Source of the DNA: Fidelibacterota bacterium | GTDB lineage: Bacteria; Fidelibacterota; Marinisomatia; Marinisomatales; JABMOV01 | Reading direction: 5' to 3' | Assembly (NCBI GenBank): GCA_046861395.1 | Contig: JBHHUC010000033.1 | Coordinates: 1-22,902 of the forward strand | Length of the DNA stretch: 22,902 nt | Shown here: positions 1-7,953 of the stretch, one piece after another | Position numbering within the stretch: the first letter of the stretch is position 1 | How the letters are laid out: the number at the start of each line of letters is the position of its first letter | Position numbers and translations under genes: made by a program | The notes under the pieces: model-generated | The model's database searches: none | What the model saw: the letters and a program-made list of their open reading frames with translations, nothing else | Told to the model about the DNA's origin: nothing

Positions 1-15
1 GTACGTGTAATACAT
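1..15 (-). CDS. N-terminal fragment (MYYTY...) of a second GIY-YIG nuclease copy, running off the left edge
   Basis: 1..55 is identical to 311..365, which contains the GIY-YIG start codon; the equivalent ATG is at 15..13. Confidence 0.6.
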
Positions 16-22
16 AAACACA

Positions 23-42
23 AACGCCCCGTAAGGGGCGTT
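23..42 (-). terminator. Terminator-like hairpin, duplicated copy
   Basis: Minus strand AACGCCCC-TTAC-GGGGCGTT followed by TGTGTTT. Confidence 0.55.
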
Positions 43-48
43 GCTATG

Positions 49-92
49 AGCGAGACGGGCTTCCCGAACCTTCGGGACGACATCAACCTTGG
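49..92 (-). pseudogene. Degenerate 3' half of tRNA-Gly, from the anticodon loop to the discriminator, with a palindrome in the T-arm
   Basis: 78..92 matches tRNA 383..397 at 14/15; 49..55 matches 359..365; palindrome TCCCGAA-CC-TTCGGGA at 62..77. Confidence 0.8.
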
Positions 93-325
93 ATCAGTGC
101 CTCCAAACGTTCGCGGCTCTTCCATCGCTTTAGCTCCTGCTCACGTTTGATTGCATCCGTTTTATTCTCATATATTTCATAATACACAATCTTCCACGGT
201 ATACCCGATTTCGTACTCCGGGACCAGCCGGCATTATGGCGGGCCAATCGTTTGTCCAAGTCACCCGTATATCCCACATAATATCGGCCTGTCTTCTCTG
301 ACGCTATGATGTACGTGTAATACAT
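83..325 (-). CDS. Stand-alone GIY-YIG nuclease (UPF0213-like), 80 aa
   Basis: YTYII...RYYVGYTGDLDKRLARHNAG...T...PWKIVYYE...A..RE..LK motifs; ATG at 325 chosen because the longer ORF runs through the tRNA. Confidence 0.9.
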   Translation of the reverse strand: MYYTYIIASEKTGRYYVGYTGDLDKRLARHNAGWSRSTKSGIPWKIVYYEIYENKTDAIKREQELKRWKSRERLEALIQG

Positions 326-358
326 AAACACAAACGCCCCGTAAGGGGCGTTGCTATG

Positions 359-365
<7 letters not shown>
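311..365. repeat. Direct repeat copy 2
   Basis: Identical to 1..55. Confidence 0.95.
333..352 (-). terminator. Terminator-like hairpin just downstream of tRNA-Gly
   Basis: 8-bp perfect stem AACGCCCC/GGGGCGTT, 4-nt loop, imperfect U tract, 6 nt after the tRNA 3' end. Confidence 0.6.
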
Positions 366-431
<66 letters not shown>

Positions 432-454
432 ATATATGTATTAAAAAAGCGTGG

Positions 455-485
455 CAAATTTACAATATTGCTCATGAGAGACAAA
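455..485 (-). promoter_or_regulatory. Putative tRNA-Gly promoter of the Bacteroidota type (TTTG-N19-TAnnTTTG)
   Basis: Minus strand TTTG (485..482), 19 nt spacer, TAAATTTG (462..455), 23 nt before the tRNA. Confidence 0.55.
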
Positions 486-490
486 TATTT

Positions 491-934
491 TTACGCCTTT
501 GTCCGGGGATAATATTCACATCGTTTTTCCCGGCGAAACAGGATTATGATACTCATGACCAGTAAAACCAGATCTTCGACGATTTTTCCCATTCCGACCA
601 TTTGCCCTTCCCGGAGACCACAACCGCATTCAATGTTGTAACCCCTTAATATGGCCGAAGCAATCGCAAAAATGAAGAATAACAGCAGCGCCCCGGACAA
701 CACGGCGGAACCGTCAACATAAATCCCGATGATCAATCCCAGACCCAATAGTAATTCCACCCAGGGGAGAACAATGGCAAATGCATTTTCCAGTCCCCAC
801 GGCAGAAGATGATAATTCCCGATCGCTCGTGCAAAAGTATCGGGATGGAGTATCTTATCGAATCCGGCGTCCACGAATATATATCCGAGGACCAACCGAA
901 AAAGAATAATCAGCCAGGGCAGGACTTTTTTCAT
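491..934 (-). CDS. DoxX/MauE family membrane protein
   Basis: RLVLG..F..AG..KI..P..F, LPWVELLLGLGL and RGYNIECGCG (MauE-type CGC) motifs; about 4 TM segments; ATG at 934 overlaps the rhodanese stop (ATGA); alternative start 964. Confidence 0.9.
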   Translation of the reverse strand: MKKVLPWLIILFRLVLGYIFVDAGFDKILHPDTFARAIGNYHLLPWGLENAFAIVLPWVELLLGLGLIIGIYVDGSAVLSGALLLFFIFAIASAILRGYNIECGCGLREGQMVGMGKIVEDLVLLVMSIIILFRREKRCEYYPRTKA

Positions 935-1416
935 GGCGCGATTGGCATCCCGGCGTTTTTCCATTCACTCCAGCCACCCAGAAATATATAAATATTCGTA
1001 AATCCACTGGCTTGCAGGTCATAGGCCAGTTCTTCGCTGGAACCACACTCGTCACCGTCACAATAGGTTACAATGGGTTGGTCACGTCCCTGCAGGGAAT
1101 CCAGCGTAAAGACCAGTGCCATATAATTATCCGCGTTATACGCTCCTGCAATGTGCCCTTCGGCATAGTAGTCCCATTCCCGGGCATCGATAAAAGGAAT
1201 GCCCCGGGCGTAAAATTCTTTGGCCTGAGCGAGCGTTATCGCTGCCAATCCCGGAGTCTCATCAGCCGTCACCGAACTGTCCTGATTCTCTGCCAGAACG
1301 GGGATGTCCGGTCGAAGCCAATCAATGCCATTGGGTCGAAAGGTGTTCGCTAGGGCACCCAGAACAACACCTGTAATGACAAAAATTACCGCTTGCCGAA
1401 TAGCCGTTTTAATCAC
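931..1416 (-). CDS. Membrane-anchored single-domain rhodanese (sulfurtransferase-like)
   Basis: N-terminal hydrophobic helix; FIDAR...YAEGHIAGA, active-site loop YCDGDECGSS, GF.NIYIFLGGWSEW; GTG start overlaps the upstream stop (GTGA). Confidence 0.92.
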   Translation of the reverse strand: MIKTAIRQAVIFVITGVVLGALANTFRPNGIDWLRPDIPVLAENQDSSVTADETPGLAAITLAQAKEFYARGIPFIDAREWDYYAEGHIAGAYNADNYMALVFTLDSLQGRDQPIVTYCDGDECGSSEELAYDLQASGFTNIYIFLGGWSEWKNAGMPIAP

Positions 1417-2582
1417 TGTTTTATCGGTTTTACCGGATTATTACGCCGGGCACCTTTAAGCTTATTTCTGGTATTAGGTTTCAATGCTTTGATTTCCGCC
1501 AGGGCTGTATTGACGAATTCCAACATCTCCGGATCATCACCAATTTTTCGATTCATGGCAACCCGTTTGAATTCACTGCGATTAACAGCCCGGTCCAGGA
1601 TGGCCTGTGCTTCCGCCCTTTGCTGACGATAATCCTTCACCAGTTTCAGCATGGTCTTATTATCGGCAAATATTTCTTCCAATGATTTTTCCGGATTCCG
1701 CTTCTGTAATCCGTCCAAACGTGTGCTGGTCATTTTCAATCGGGCGGCAGCCCCCGAAACATCGACAATGGGAGAATCAATATTTGCAATTGTTAGATGA
1801 ATTTCCGTGAGGAATTTACCCTGCTTGCCACATTTATAACCCAGAGGACCATTGGCAAGCTGTTTATCCGTGGGCCGGGTTTGCTGCAGACTGCCGCTGA
1901 AGAACAAATAGTCGGCACCGGAAAATGTATCCGTGGCCTGTTGATATTCATTGCTCTTGGCATTGACCATGACCACCACGATATCTGCTTTCCCCTGCAG
2001 TTCCTGGATCATATCCTTACCGGCCGTTAAATAGGGTTCCATGGCCAATTCGCCAATGGTGGCCGGCAACTGACTGGTCACGCCCGTGATGCCGATCTTG
2101 AGACCATCCCGCTCGATGATCCGGAACGGAATAAAGGCATATTCGCCGGTATCCTTGTAACGCAGGTTGGCCGATATGAAGGGAATACGAGTCGTATCCG
2201 TTATTGATTTCAGGAAATCAAATCCGGCTGCAAATTCAAAGGTCCCCACATTGACACCGTCACTGCCGATCCGGGATTGTCCCTGGATGATCTTTTTGGC
2301 CGTCAATAATTCGACTTCACGATTAGCATCCGTCAGACGCGGAGTGGTGAACAACAGGTCACCGGCATCCAATATGACGGGCTGCACGCCCTTTTCCTGC
2401 AGGGATTGAATGTAATATGCTTTCCTGGACAGACCGCCCAGGGGATTCTTTTTTCACCCACAGGGGTCGAGTTGACCGTGGACGTTCGCTGTGACTACAA
2501 ACGTGACTTCTCCGGATACGGGTTCTGTTTTAGAACAGGACCATAACGCCAGAAATACCAAAACCAGCGACCAGAATTTCAT
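1413..2582 (-). CDS. UshA-like (metallophosphoesterase/5'-nucleotidase N-domain fold) selenoprotein with probable lipoprotein signal; Sec at codon 43; 389 aa
   Basis: Frame of ORF 1413..2387 continues upstream as MKFWSLVLVFLALWSCSKTEPVSGEVTFVVTANVHGQLDPCG(UGA)KKNPLGGLSRKAYYIQSLQEKGVQPVILDAGDLLF; single in-frame TGA at 2456..2454; SECIS follows; alternative in-frame ATG at 2600. Confidence 0.9.
2424..2442 (-). promoter_or_regulatory. Bacterial SECIS element
   Basis: CCUGGGC-GGUCU-GUCCAGG: 7-bp stem with one G-U pair, starting 11 nt after the UGA; loop resembles the GGUCU of E. coli fdhF SECIS. Confidence 0.88.
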
Positions 2583-2608
2583 TTTATTATTCCAATTCAT
2601 ATTTTTAA

Positions 2609-3019
2609 TTAAACCTTCGGTTTTTCAGCTAATTCTACTAATACGCCGCCCGTCCCTTTGGGATGGATGAATATAATACGATATCCTTCGGCTCCCGTTA
2701 TAGGATTTTCATTGACCAACGGAATATTTTTTTCACTTAATTCCCGGACCGCTTCATCAATACATTCCACTTCCAGACAAATATGGTGGATTCCAGGTCC
2801 ACGTTTATCAAGAAAGGTCTGAATGACGGATGACATATCCAATGGAACTAACAGTTCCACTTTCCCATTTGACATGGTATAAATATCGGTTCGAATTTTT
2901 TGTGATGCGATGAATTCCGACCCTGATTTCTTTAATCCCAGGATATTCTCCCAGAATTCTCCGGTCCGACCACCATCGTCAGTGGCAATTCCAATATGCT
3001 CGATACCCAATATTTTCAT
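2609..3019 (-). CDS. mce: Methylmalonyl-CoA epimerase (VOC family)
   Basis: IEHIGIA, KVELL.P, FLDKRGPGIHHICLEV, FIHPKGTGGVLVELAE. Confidence 0.9.
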   Translation of the reverse strand: MKILGIEHIGIATDDGGRTGEFWENILGLKKSGSEFIASQKIRTDIYTMSNGKVELLVPLDMSSVIQTFLDKRGPGIHHICLEVECIDEAVRELSEKNIPLVNENPITGAEGYRIIFIHPKGTGGVLVELAEKPKV

Positions 3020-4047
3020 AATAGTTCCCGGGGCGAATGTGTTCGTTTAGTAAGGCCCAGACCAATCCCCGTAGGCAAATGCAAACGACCTTCGCGGACT
3101 TCAGTTCCATGATAGGGATCATTGTCAATCAGGATATGTCCGTCCAGATCGGCAAAATCGACCAAAGGAGACAAATGGGACGCGGCCGTAATTCCTACGG
3201 ATGATTCCACCATACACCCCAGCATAATCTGCAGTTCATTTTTCCGAGCCAGATCAATCATGCGTTTCCCTTCCTGGAGACTACCACACTTCATGAGTTT
3301 GATGTTAATCCCATGAAAGGCGTGGGCAATGTTCGGAATATCGTCAGCCGTAAGACTGTTTTCATCCGCGAAAATCGGTAGCGGTGATTTCTTCTTTAAT
3401 TCTGCTGTGTTTCTCAGATCGCCTGCAGGTAATGGTTGTTCTACGAATTCTACGTTTTGCTGGGCCAGCCAGTGGCACATGTTCAGGGCCCGGTCCAGAT
3501 CCCAGCCTTCATTGGCATCAACACGAATGACCTTATCGGTATACCGTCGAATGATTTTAACAATGTCTTTATCCTGTCGGGTTCCCAACTTCACTTTCAG
3601 AAGGGGATAGGGAGTCGCTTCTTCAATTTTTTCCTCCAGTCCGTCCAGGTCCCCAATGGCAATAGTGAAAGAGGTCAGCAGTGATTCGGGGTTTCTGACA
3701 CCAAAATAATTGTATAACGGTATTTCCTGCTTCTGTGTCCACCAGTCCAGACAGGCCATGCTAAATGCCGCCCCCAGGGATCGCAAGCGGCCACTCCGGC
3801 GACGTAGATAATTCCAGAGTTCATCATGATCATTGGCGGACAAATCCCCGAAATCCTGCTCCTGCAAATGACGGAGAATCAAATCGGGATTTTCCTGGTA
3901 TCGCAGGGATGGTGCGGCTTCTCCCCGCCCGATGACATCTCCGTCAATCAGGTAAATATAAATAACATCATAATAGGTATGGGTACTTCGGGAAATACCA
4001 AACGGGTGGGTGCATTGCAGCCGGTATGTCGTCCATTTCAGCTCCAT
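3016..4047 (-). CDS. Dipeptide epimerase (L-Ala-D/L-Glu epimerase/DgcA-like, enolase superfamily)
   Basis: G.GEAAP, KVKLG, RVDANEGW, VEQP, ADE, INIKLMKCG, GCMVES, DLDG. Confidence 0.92.
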   Translation of the reverse strand: MELKWTTYRLQCTHPFGISRSTHTYYDVIYIYLIDGDVIGRGEAAPSLRYQENPDLILRHLQEQDFGDLSANDHDELWNYLRRRSGRLRSLGAAFSMACLDWWTQKQEIPLYNYFGVRNPESLLTSFTIAIGDLDGLEEKIEEATPYPLLKVKLGTRQDKDIVKIIRRYTDKVIRVDANEGWDLDRALNMCHWLAQQNVEFVEQPLPAGDLRNTAELKKKSPLPIFADENSLTADDIPNIAHAFHGINIKLMKCGSLQEGKRMIDLARKNELQIMLGCMVESSVGITAASHLSPLVDFADLDGHILIDNDPYHGTEVREGRLHLPTGIGLGLTKRTHSPRELL

Positions 4048-5072
4048 GAGGTCAATTCATAGGTAATCCGGTTAAGAATATTGCGGGCGCCGAAGCGAAT
4101 AAAATCATTGGTTGGGATTTGATATTTTTCCTCATATTCTTCCACAATGCGGCGGGCCGCAGCAACGGACATGGCATGGGTCAACAGATTCATTCCTACA
4201 TATTTGGTCTGTTTAAACGGTTTCATTAACCGGACATGGATATCCAGAAGCATTTTCATATCCGGAATGGGATAATCCGAAACATCAAACTTGCGAACTG
4301 GTTCATGGCACATGATCAGGTAATCCGGCATTGTACCGTGCAAAAGTCCTAATGTTACACCCGAATATAACATATTCACGATGGAACCCTGACCTTCCAC
4401 AATGATCAGGTCGGCCTTTTTAAATTTATCCATTTCATATTCAATTTCACCCGCCATGAAATCGGCCACCACCGCATCGACCGGGACGCCCCGTCCACTC
4501 AGTAAAATACCCGTCTGTCCGGTTCCGATAAACGGCGCGTTCAAACCCTGTTCTTCCAGCAAACGGGAAATTTCCCAGGCCGTAGTCATTTTTCCCGTGT
4601 CGCAATCCGATCCGATGGTCAACAAGACGGGGATTTTTCTCAGGCGCCAGGATTTTTTGGGGAAATGAGGCGGCGTCGGTGGCTTCCGAAGATCGGTAAT
4701 GGTTACATCATGCGTGGCAGCCAGGTCGGTGAAATAGGGATCATCGGAAAGAAAATCATGCATCCCGCTGATCAAATGCATCCCGGCTTTCAGTGCTTTA
4801 ACGATTTGCGTTTTATACGCCGGGGATATTCGTCCGCCCTGAGGGGCATTGCCCAGCACCAGCGTATCCGGTTTGAAAGCAAACAATTCTTCAATATCGG
4901 CCACGACGGGAATATCACCACCATAGCGAAGGATATCCGAAACAGTTTTCCCTGCAAATCGGGAATCAATGACGCCCACCACCTCTTTGGGCCGGTACCG
5001 GATTAAGGTATTGCCGGTTTTGCTGTATAAATAATTGAAGGATTGTTCGGCAAGAATGGCGAAACGTGGCAT
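4038..5072 (-). CDS. DUF1611 domain protein (DgcN-like)
   Basis: SKTG..L.RY, SGMHDFL, GSDCDTGKMT P-loop-like motif, GTGQTG, VEGQGS, YSGVTLGLLHG. Confidence 0.9.
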   Translation of the reverse strand: MPRFAILAEQSFNYLYSKTGNTLIRYRPKEVVGVIDSRFAGKTVSDILRYGGDIPVVADIEELFAFKPDTLVLGNAPQGGRISPAYKTQIVKALKAGMHLISGMHDFLSDDPYFTDLAATHDVTITDLRKPPTPPHFPKKSWRLRKIPVLLTIGSDCDTGKMTTAWEISRLLEEQGLNAPFIGTGQTGILLSGRGVPVDAVVADFMAGEIEYEMDKFKKADLIIVEGQGSIVNMLYSGVTLGLLHGTMPDYLIMCHEPVRKFDVSDYPIPDMKMLLDIHVRLMKPFKQTKYVGMNLLTHAMSVAAARRIVEEYEEKYQIPTNDFIRFGARNILNRITYELTSWS

Positions 5073-5075
5073 GGA

Positions 5076-6545
5076 TTACTTCCAGAATGTGCGACTGAAC
5101 AGGACCATGACGGTGAAAATCTCAAGCCGTCCCAGAAGCATACAAAACGAGAGTAGCCATTTCCCGGCCGCCGGCATCAGGGCATAATTATCGGTTGGTC
5201 CGTATTGTCCCAGGGCCGGACCGATATTCCCCAGCGCCGACGCTGCGGCGCCGATTGCGGATTCCAGATCGATACTCATGGCCGTCAACATGAGGGTGGT
5301 TATGACAAAAATGGAAACGTAGAACAGGAAGAATCCCAACGTATTCCGGATGACATCTTCATTGATATAACGATTACCAATCCGAATCGGAATAATGGCT
5401 CGGGCATGAAGTAAGCGGCGCGTTTCCATAGCGGCATATTTGATAATAAGCATGACCCGCACGATCTTCATTCCACCGCCGGTAGATCCGCCCATCCCAC
5501 CGATAAACATAAGAGCCAGGAGTAAAAACTGCGATATATAGGCCCATCGTTCATAATCGGCCGTTCCGAATCCCGTTGTAGTTACAATGGACACGGTCTG
5601 GAAAAGCGAGTCGCGGAAATTCGTATGATTCCATTCTCCCTGAGTCGAAGATACTGCCAGAAAAATTATCGCTGTTACCGTGAGTGTCAAACCCAGAAAA
5701 CTCAGGAACTCACGGTCACGGAGGTAAGACCGGATATCGCCTGTTACCGCCTTGAAATGAAGGGTAAAATTCACACCGGCGATGAACATGAAAAAAATAA
5801 TGATATAATGTACCATGGAATTATTATAATGCGCGATACTGGCATTTTTGGTGGAAAAACCGCCCGTCGGCATGGTTGTAAACGAATGACATATGGCGTC
5901 GAACCAGCCCATTCCACTGATACCCAGCAGAAGTATTTCAGCACCGGTGATCCCCACGTAAACCATCCATAACAATTTTGCCGTTTCCTGCACGCGTGGT
6001 TTGATTTTGTCAGCTACCGGCCCGGGGACTTCTGCTTTGAATAATTGGACCCCACCCACGCCTAACAAAGGCAGGATGGCAATATAGAAAACGATGATTC
6101 CCATACCGCCAATCCACTGAATGAACGAACGCCAGAAAAGGATTCCATGGGATAGACTTTCAATCCCGTTGGGTAAATGAGGTAGCGTGACCGGACTGCC
6201 AATGATTGAGGCCCCGGTTGTTGTGACCCCGGACATGGATTCAAAAAAGGCATCGGTAAAGGTCGGCAAGGCACCCGATAAATAAAATGGTAATGCCCCG
6301 GCCAGGGCCGTCACCAACCAGGCAAAGGTCACGATGGCAAAACCATCCTTATTTGTCAATTTGTGATATTTACGGGTAATAATCCAAATGGGGAATCCAA
6401 TAACCACGCAGGCCCCGGCGGCACGTAGAATTTCCCGATAGTCCGATTCGCCATACCCCCAGGATATGAGGGCCGGGATTACCATACTTAGACCCAATAA
6501 GGTCAGAAAACCAGCCAGAATATTGAACAGGGTCCGAATATTCAC
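5076..6545 (-). CDS. trkH: Trk potassium uptake permease
   Basis: FESMSGVTTTGA, WRSFIQWIGGMG, TGGFS, TTTGF, GGSTGGG.K, GNIGP, MLLGRLEI. Confidence 0.97.
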   Translation of the reverse strand: MNIRTLFNILAGFLTLLGLSMVIPALISWGYGESDYREILRAAGACVVIGFPIWIITRKYHKLTNKDGFAIVTFAWLVTALAGALPFYLSGALPTFTDAFFESMSGVTTTGASIIGSPVTLPHLPNGIESLSHGILFWRSFIQWIGGMGIIVFYIAILPLLGVGGVQLFKAEVPGPVADKIKPRVQETAKLLWMVYVGITGAEILLLGISGMGWFDAICHSFTTMPTGGFSTKNASIAHYNNSMVHYIIIFFMFIAGVNFTLHFKAVTGDIRSYLRDREFLSFLGLTLTVTAIIFLAVSSTQGEWNHTNFRDSLFQTVSIVTTTGFGTADYERWAYISQFLLLALMFIGGMGGSTGGGMKIVRVMLIIKYAAMETRRLLHARAIIPIRIGNRYINEDVIRNTLGFFLFYVSIFVITTLMLTAMSIDLESAIGAAASALGNIGPALGQYGPTDNYALMPAAGKWLLSFCMLLGRLEIFTVMVLFSRTFWK

Positions 6546-6546
6546 T

Positions 6547-7893
6547 TCAGTTGGTGAACAATTTTTTCAATTTGGGGATGGCCGTGGGTTTGGCAAACAC
6601 CAGTACCGTGTCTTCATCCGTGACCTGGGAATTTCCCCGTGCCATGGCCAGGTTACCGTGATGATTGATGATGCCGACGATACTATCCTTGGGGAAAGCC
6701 AGATCCTGCAAGGTCCGCTGGGTAACCTTGCTACCAGGTTCAGGATGAAATTCAAGAACTTCCACATCCAGTTCCTCAAAAGTCTGAATGGAACTTTCAA
6801 ATTGGTCATTGCGGATTTCCCGCAGAATAGTATTCACCGTGGACATATTTTTTGATACGACCGTACCCACTGCCAATTCCTGTATGATCGGCAGATATTC
6901 AGTGGTTGTTATATGAATGATATTCTGTCGTACACCAAGATTGTTGGCTAGTAGACCGGCTAGCAGATTGGTTTGTTCATCATTGGTTACACTGATAAAG
7001 CTGTCGACCTCCGACACATTTTCCGATTTGAGAAACTCCACATCAGTGCCTTCACCATGGATGATCATTGTTTCCGACAATACATTGGCCACCTGATTGG
7101 CTTTTTCCCGCCGCTTGTCAATGAGTCTTACTGACATTTCATTTTGCAATTCTTCGGACACGGACCGTCCGATCTTGCTGGCGCCAATGATCATGACACG
7201 GTTGGAACGTTTCATGCGCCGGCCCAGCATATAGAGAAGGTTTTCCAGATTTCCCGTCTTAATCAGGAAATAGACAATATCTCCGGATTCCAGGACGTAT
7301 TCACCCCAGGGAATATTGGTTTCACTGCCCCGTACGACACTGATAATCCCGAAACGGAAATTGTCACTTTCACTGCAGATATCCTTGACCGTTTTATTAA
7401 TGATGGGACATTTTTTCGTCAGTCTGAAACCCATGAGTTTCAATCGTCCACCTTCAAAATCTTCAACCTGATGGGCATAAGGATTGCGAACCAGGCGCAC
7501 AATTTCCTCGCTGACGGCCTGTTCCGGATGAATCACCAGATCCACACCAAATTTCTCCGGACGGATGATGGATTCACGCATGGTATATTGTTGGTTCCGT
7601 AACCGGGCGATGATTTTTATGGCGCCCAGGACATGGGCCTGTTGCGACGCAATCAGATTCACTTCGTCCACACTGGTCAATGCCAGGACGTAGTCTGCCC
7701 CCTCAATATTGGCGCTTTGCAATATTTTTGGACTGGCCCCGTTTCCTTCGATAACGATAACGTCCAGATTTTCAGCCGCCCGGCGACATTTTACTGGATC
7801 AATATCAATCACCGTAATATCGTGATCTCCAAGACTCAGGGCTTTCGCGACATGAAACCCGACTTCGCCCACTCCGATGATGATAATTCTCAT
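6547..7893 (-). CDS. trkA: Trk potassium uptake NAD-binding subunit
   Basis: Two RCK-N/RCK-C pairs, IIIIGVGEVG and IIGASKIG; adjacent to trkH. Confidence 0.96.
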   Translation of the reverse strand: MRIIIIGVGEVGFHVAKALSLGDHDITVIDIDPVKCRRAAENLDVIVIEGNGASPKILQSANIEGADYVLALTSVDEVNLIASQQAHVLGAIKIIARLRNQQYTMRESIIRPEKFGVDLVIHPEQAVSEEIVRLVRNPYAHQVEDFEGGRLKLMGFRLTKKCPIINKTVKDICSESDNFRFGIISVVRGSETNIPWGEYVLESGDIVYFLIKTGNLENLLYMLGRRMKRSNRVMIIGASKIGRSVSEELQNEMSVRLIDKRREKANQVANVLSETMIIHGEGTDVEFLKSENVSEVDSFISVTNDEQTNLLAGLLANNLGVRQNIIHITTTEYLPIIQELAVGTVVSKNMSTVNTILREIRNDQFESSIQTFEELDVEVLEFHPEPGSKVTQRTLQDLAFPKDSIVGIINHHGNLAMARGNSQVTDEDTVLVFAKPTAIPKLKKLFTN

Positions 7894-7953
7894 TTATTTT
7901 CCAGTTTCAATTTTGTAAGTAATGGAAAAGTTACACTAATCCGGAATATGATG

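Larger units (their letters stand above)
1..55. repeat. Direct repeat copy 1 (GIY-YIG start, hairpin, tRNA 3' end); truncated by the window edge
   Basis: 55/55 identity with 311..365, offset 310 bp. Confidence 0.95.

Noticed and set aside
2385..2387. GTG start for a 324-aa protein
   Set aside because: It would omit the signal peptide and first fold motif, and leave about 220 bp unexplained in an otherwise gapless operon
2454..2456. TGA as a nonsense mutation, or genome-wide UGA reassignment to Trp/Gly
   Set aside because: CxU context and a correctly spaced SECIS argue against a pseudogene; TGA ends trkA, tpiA, pgk and others at normal C-termini, and Trp uses TGG
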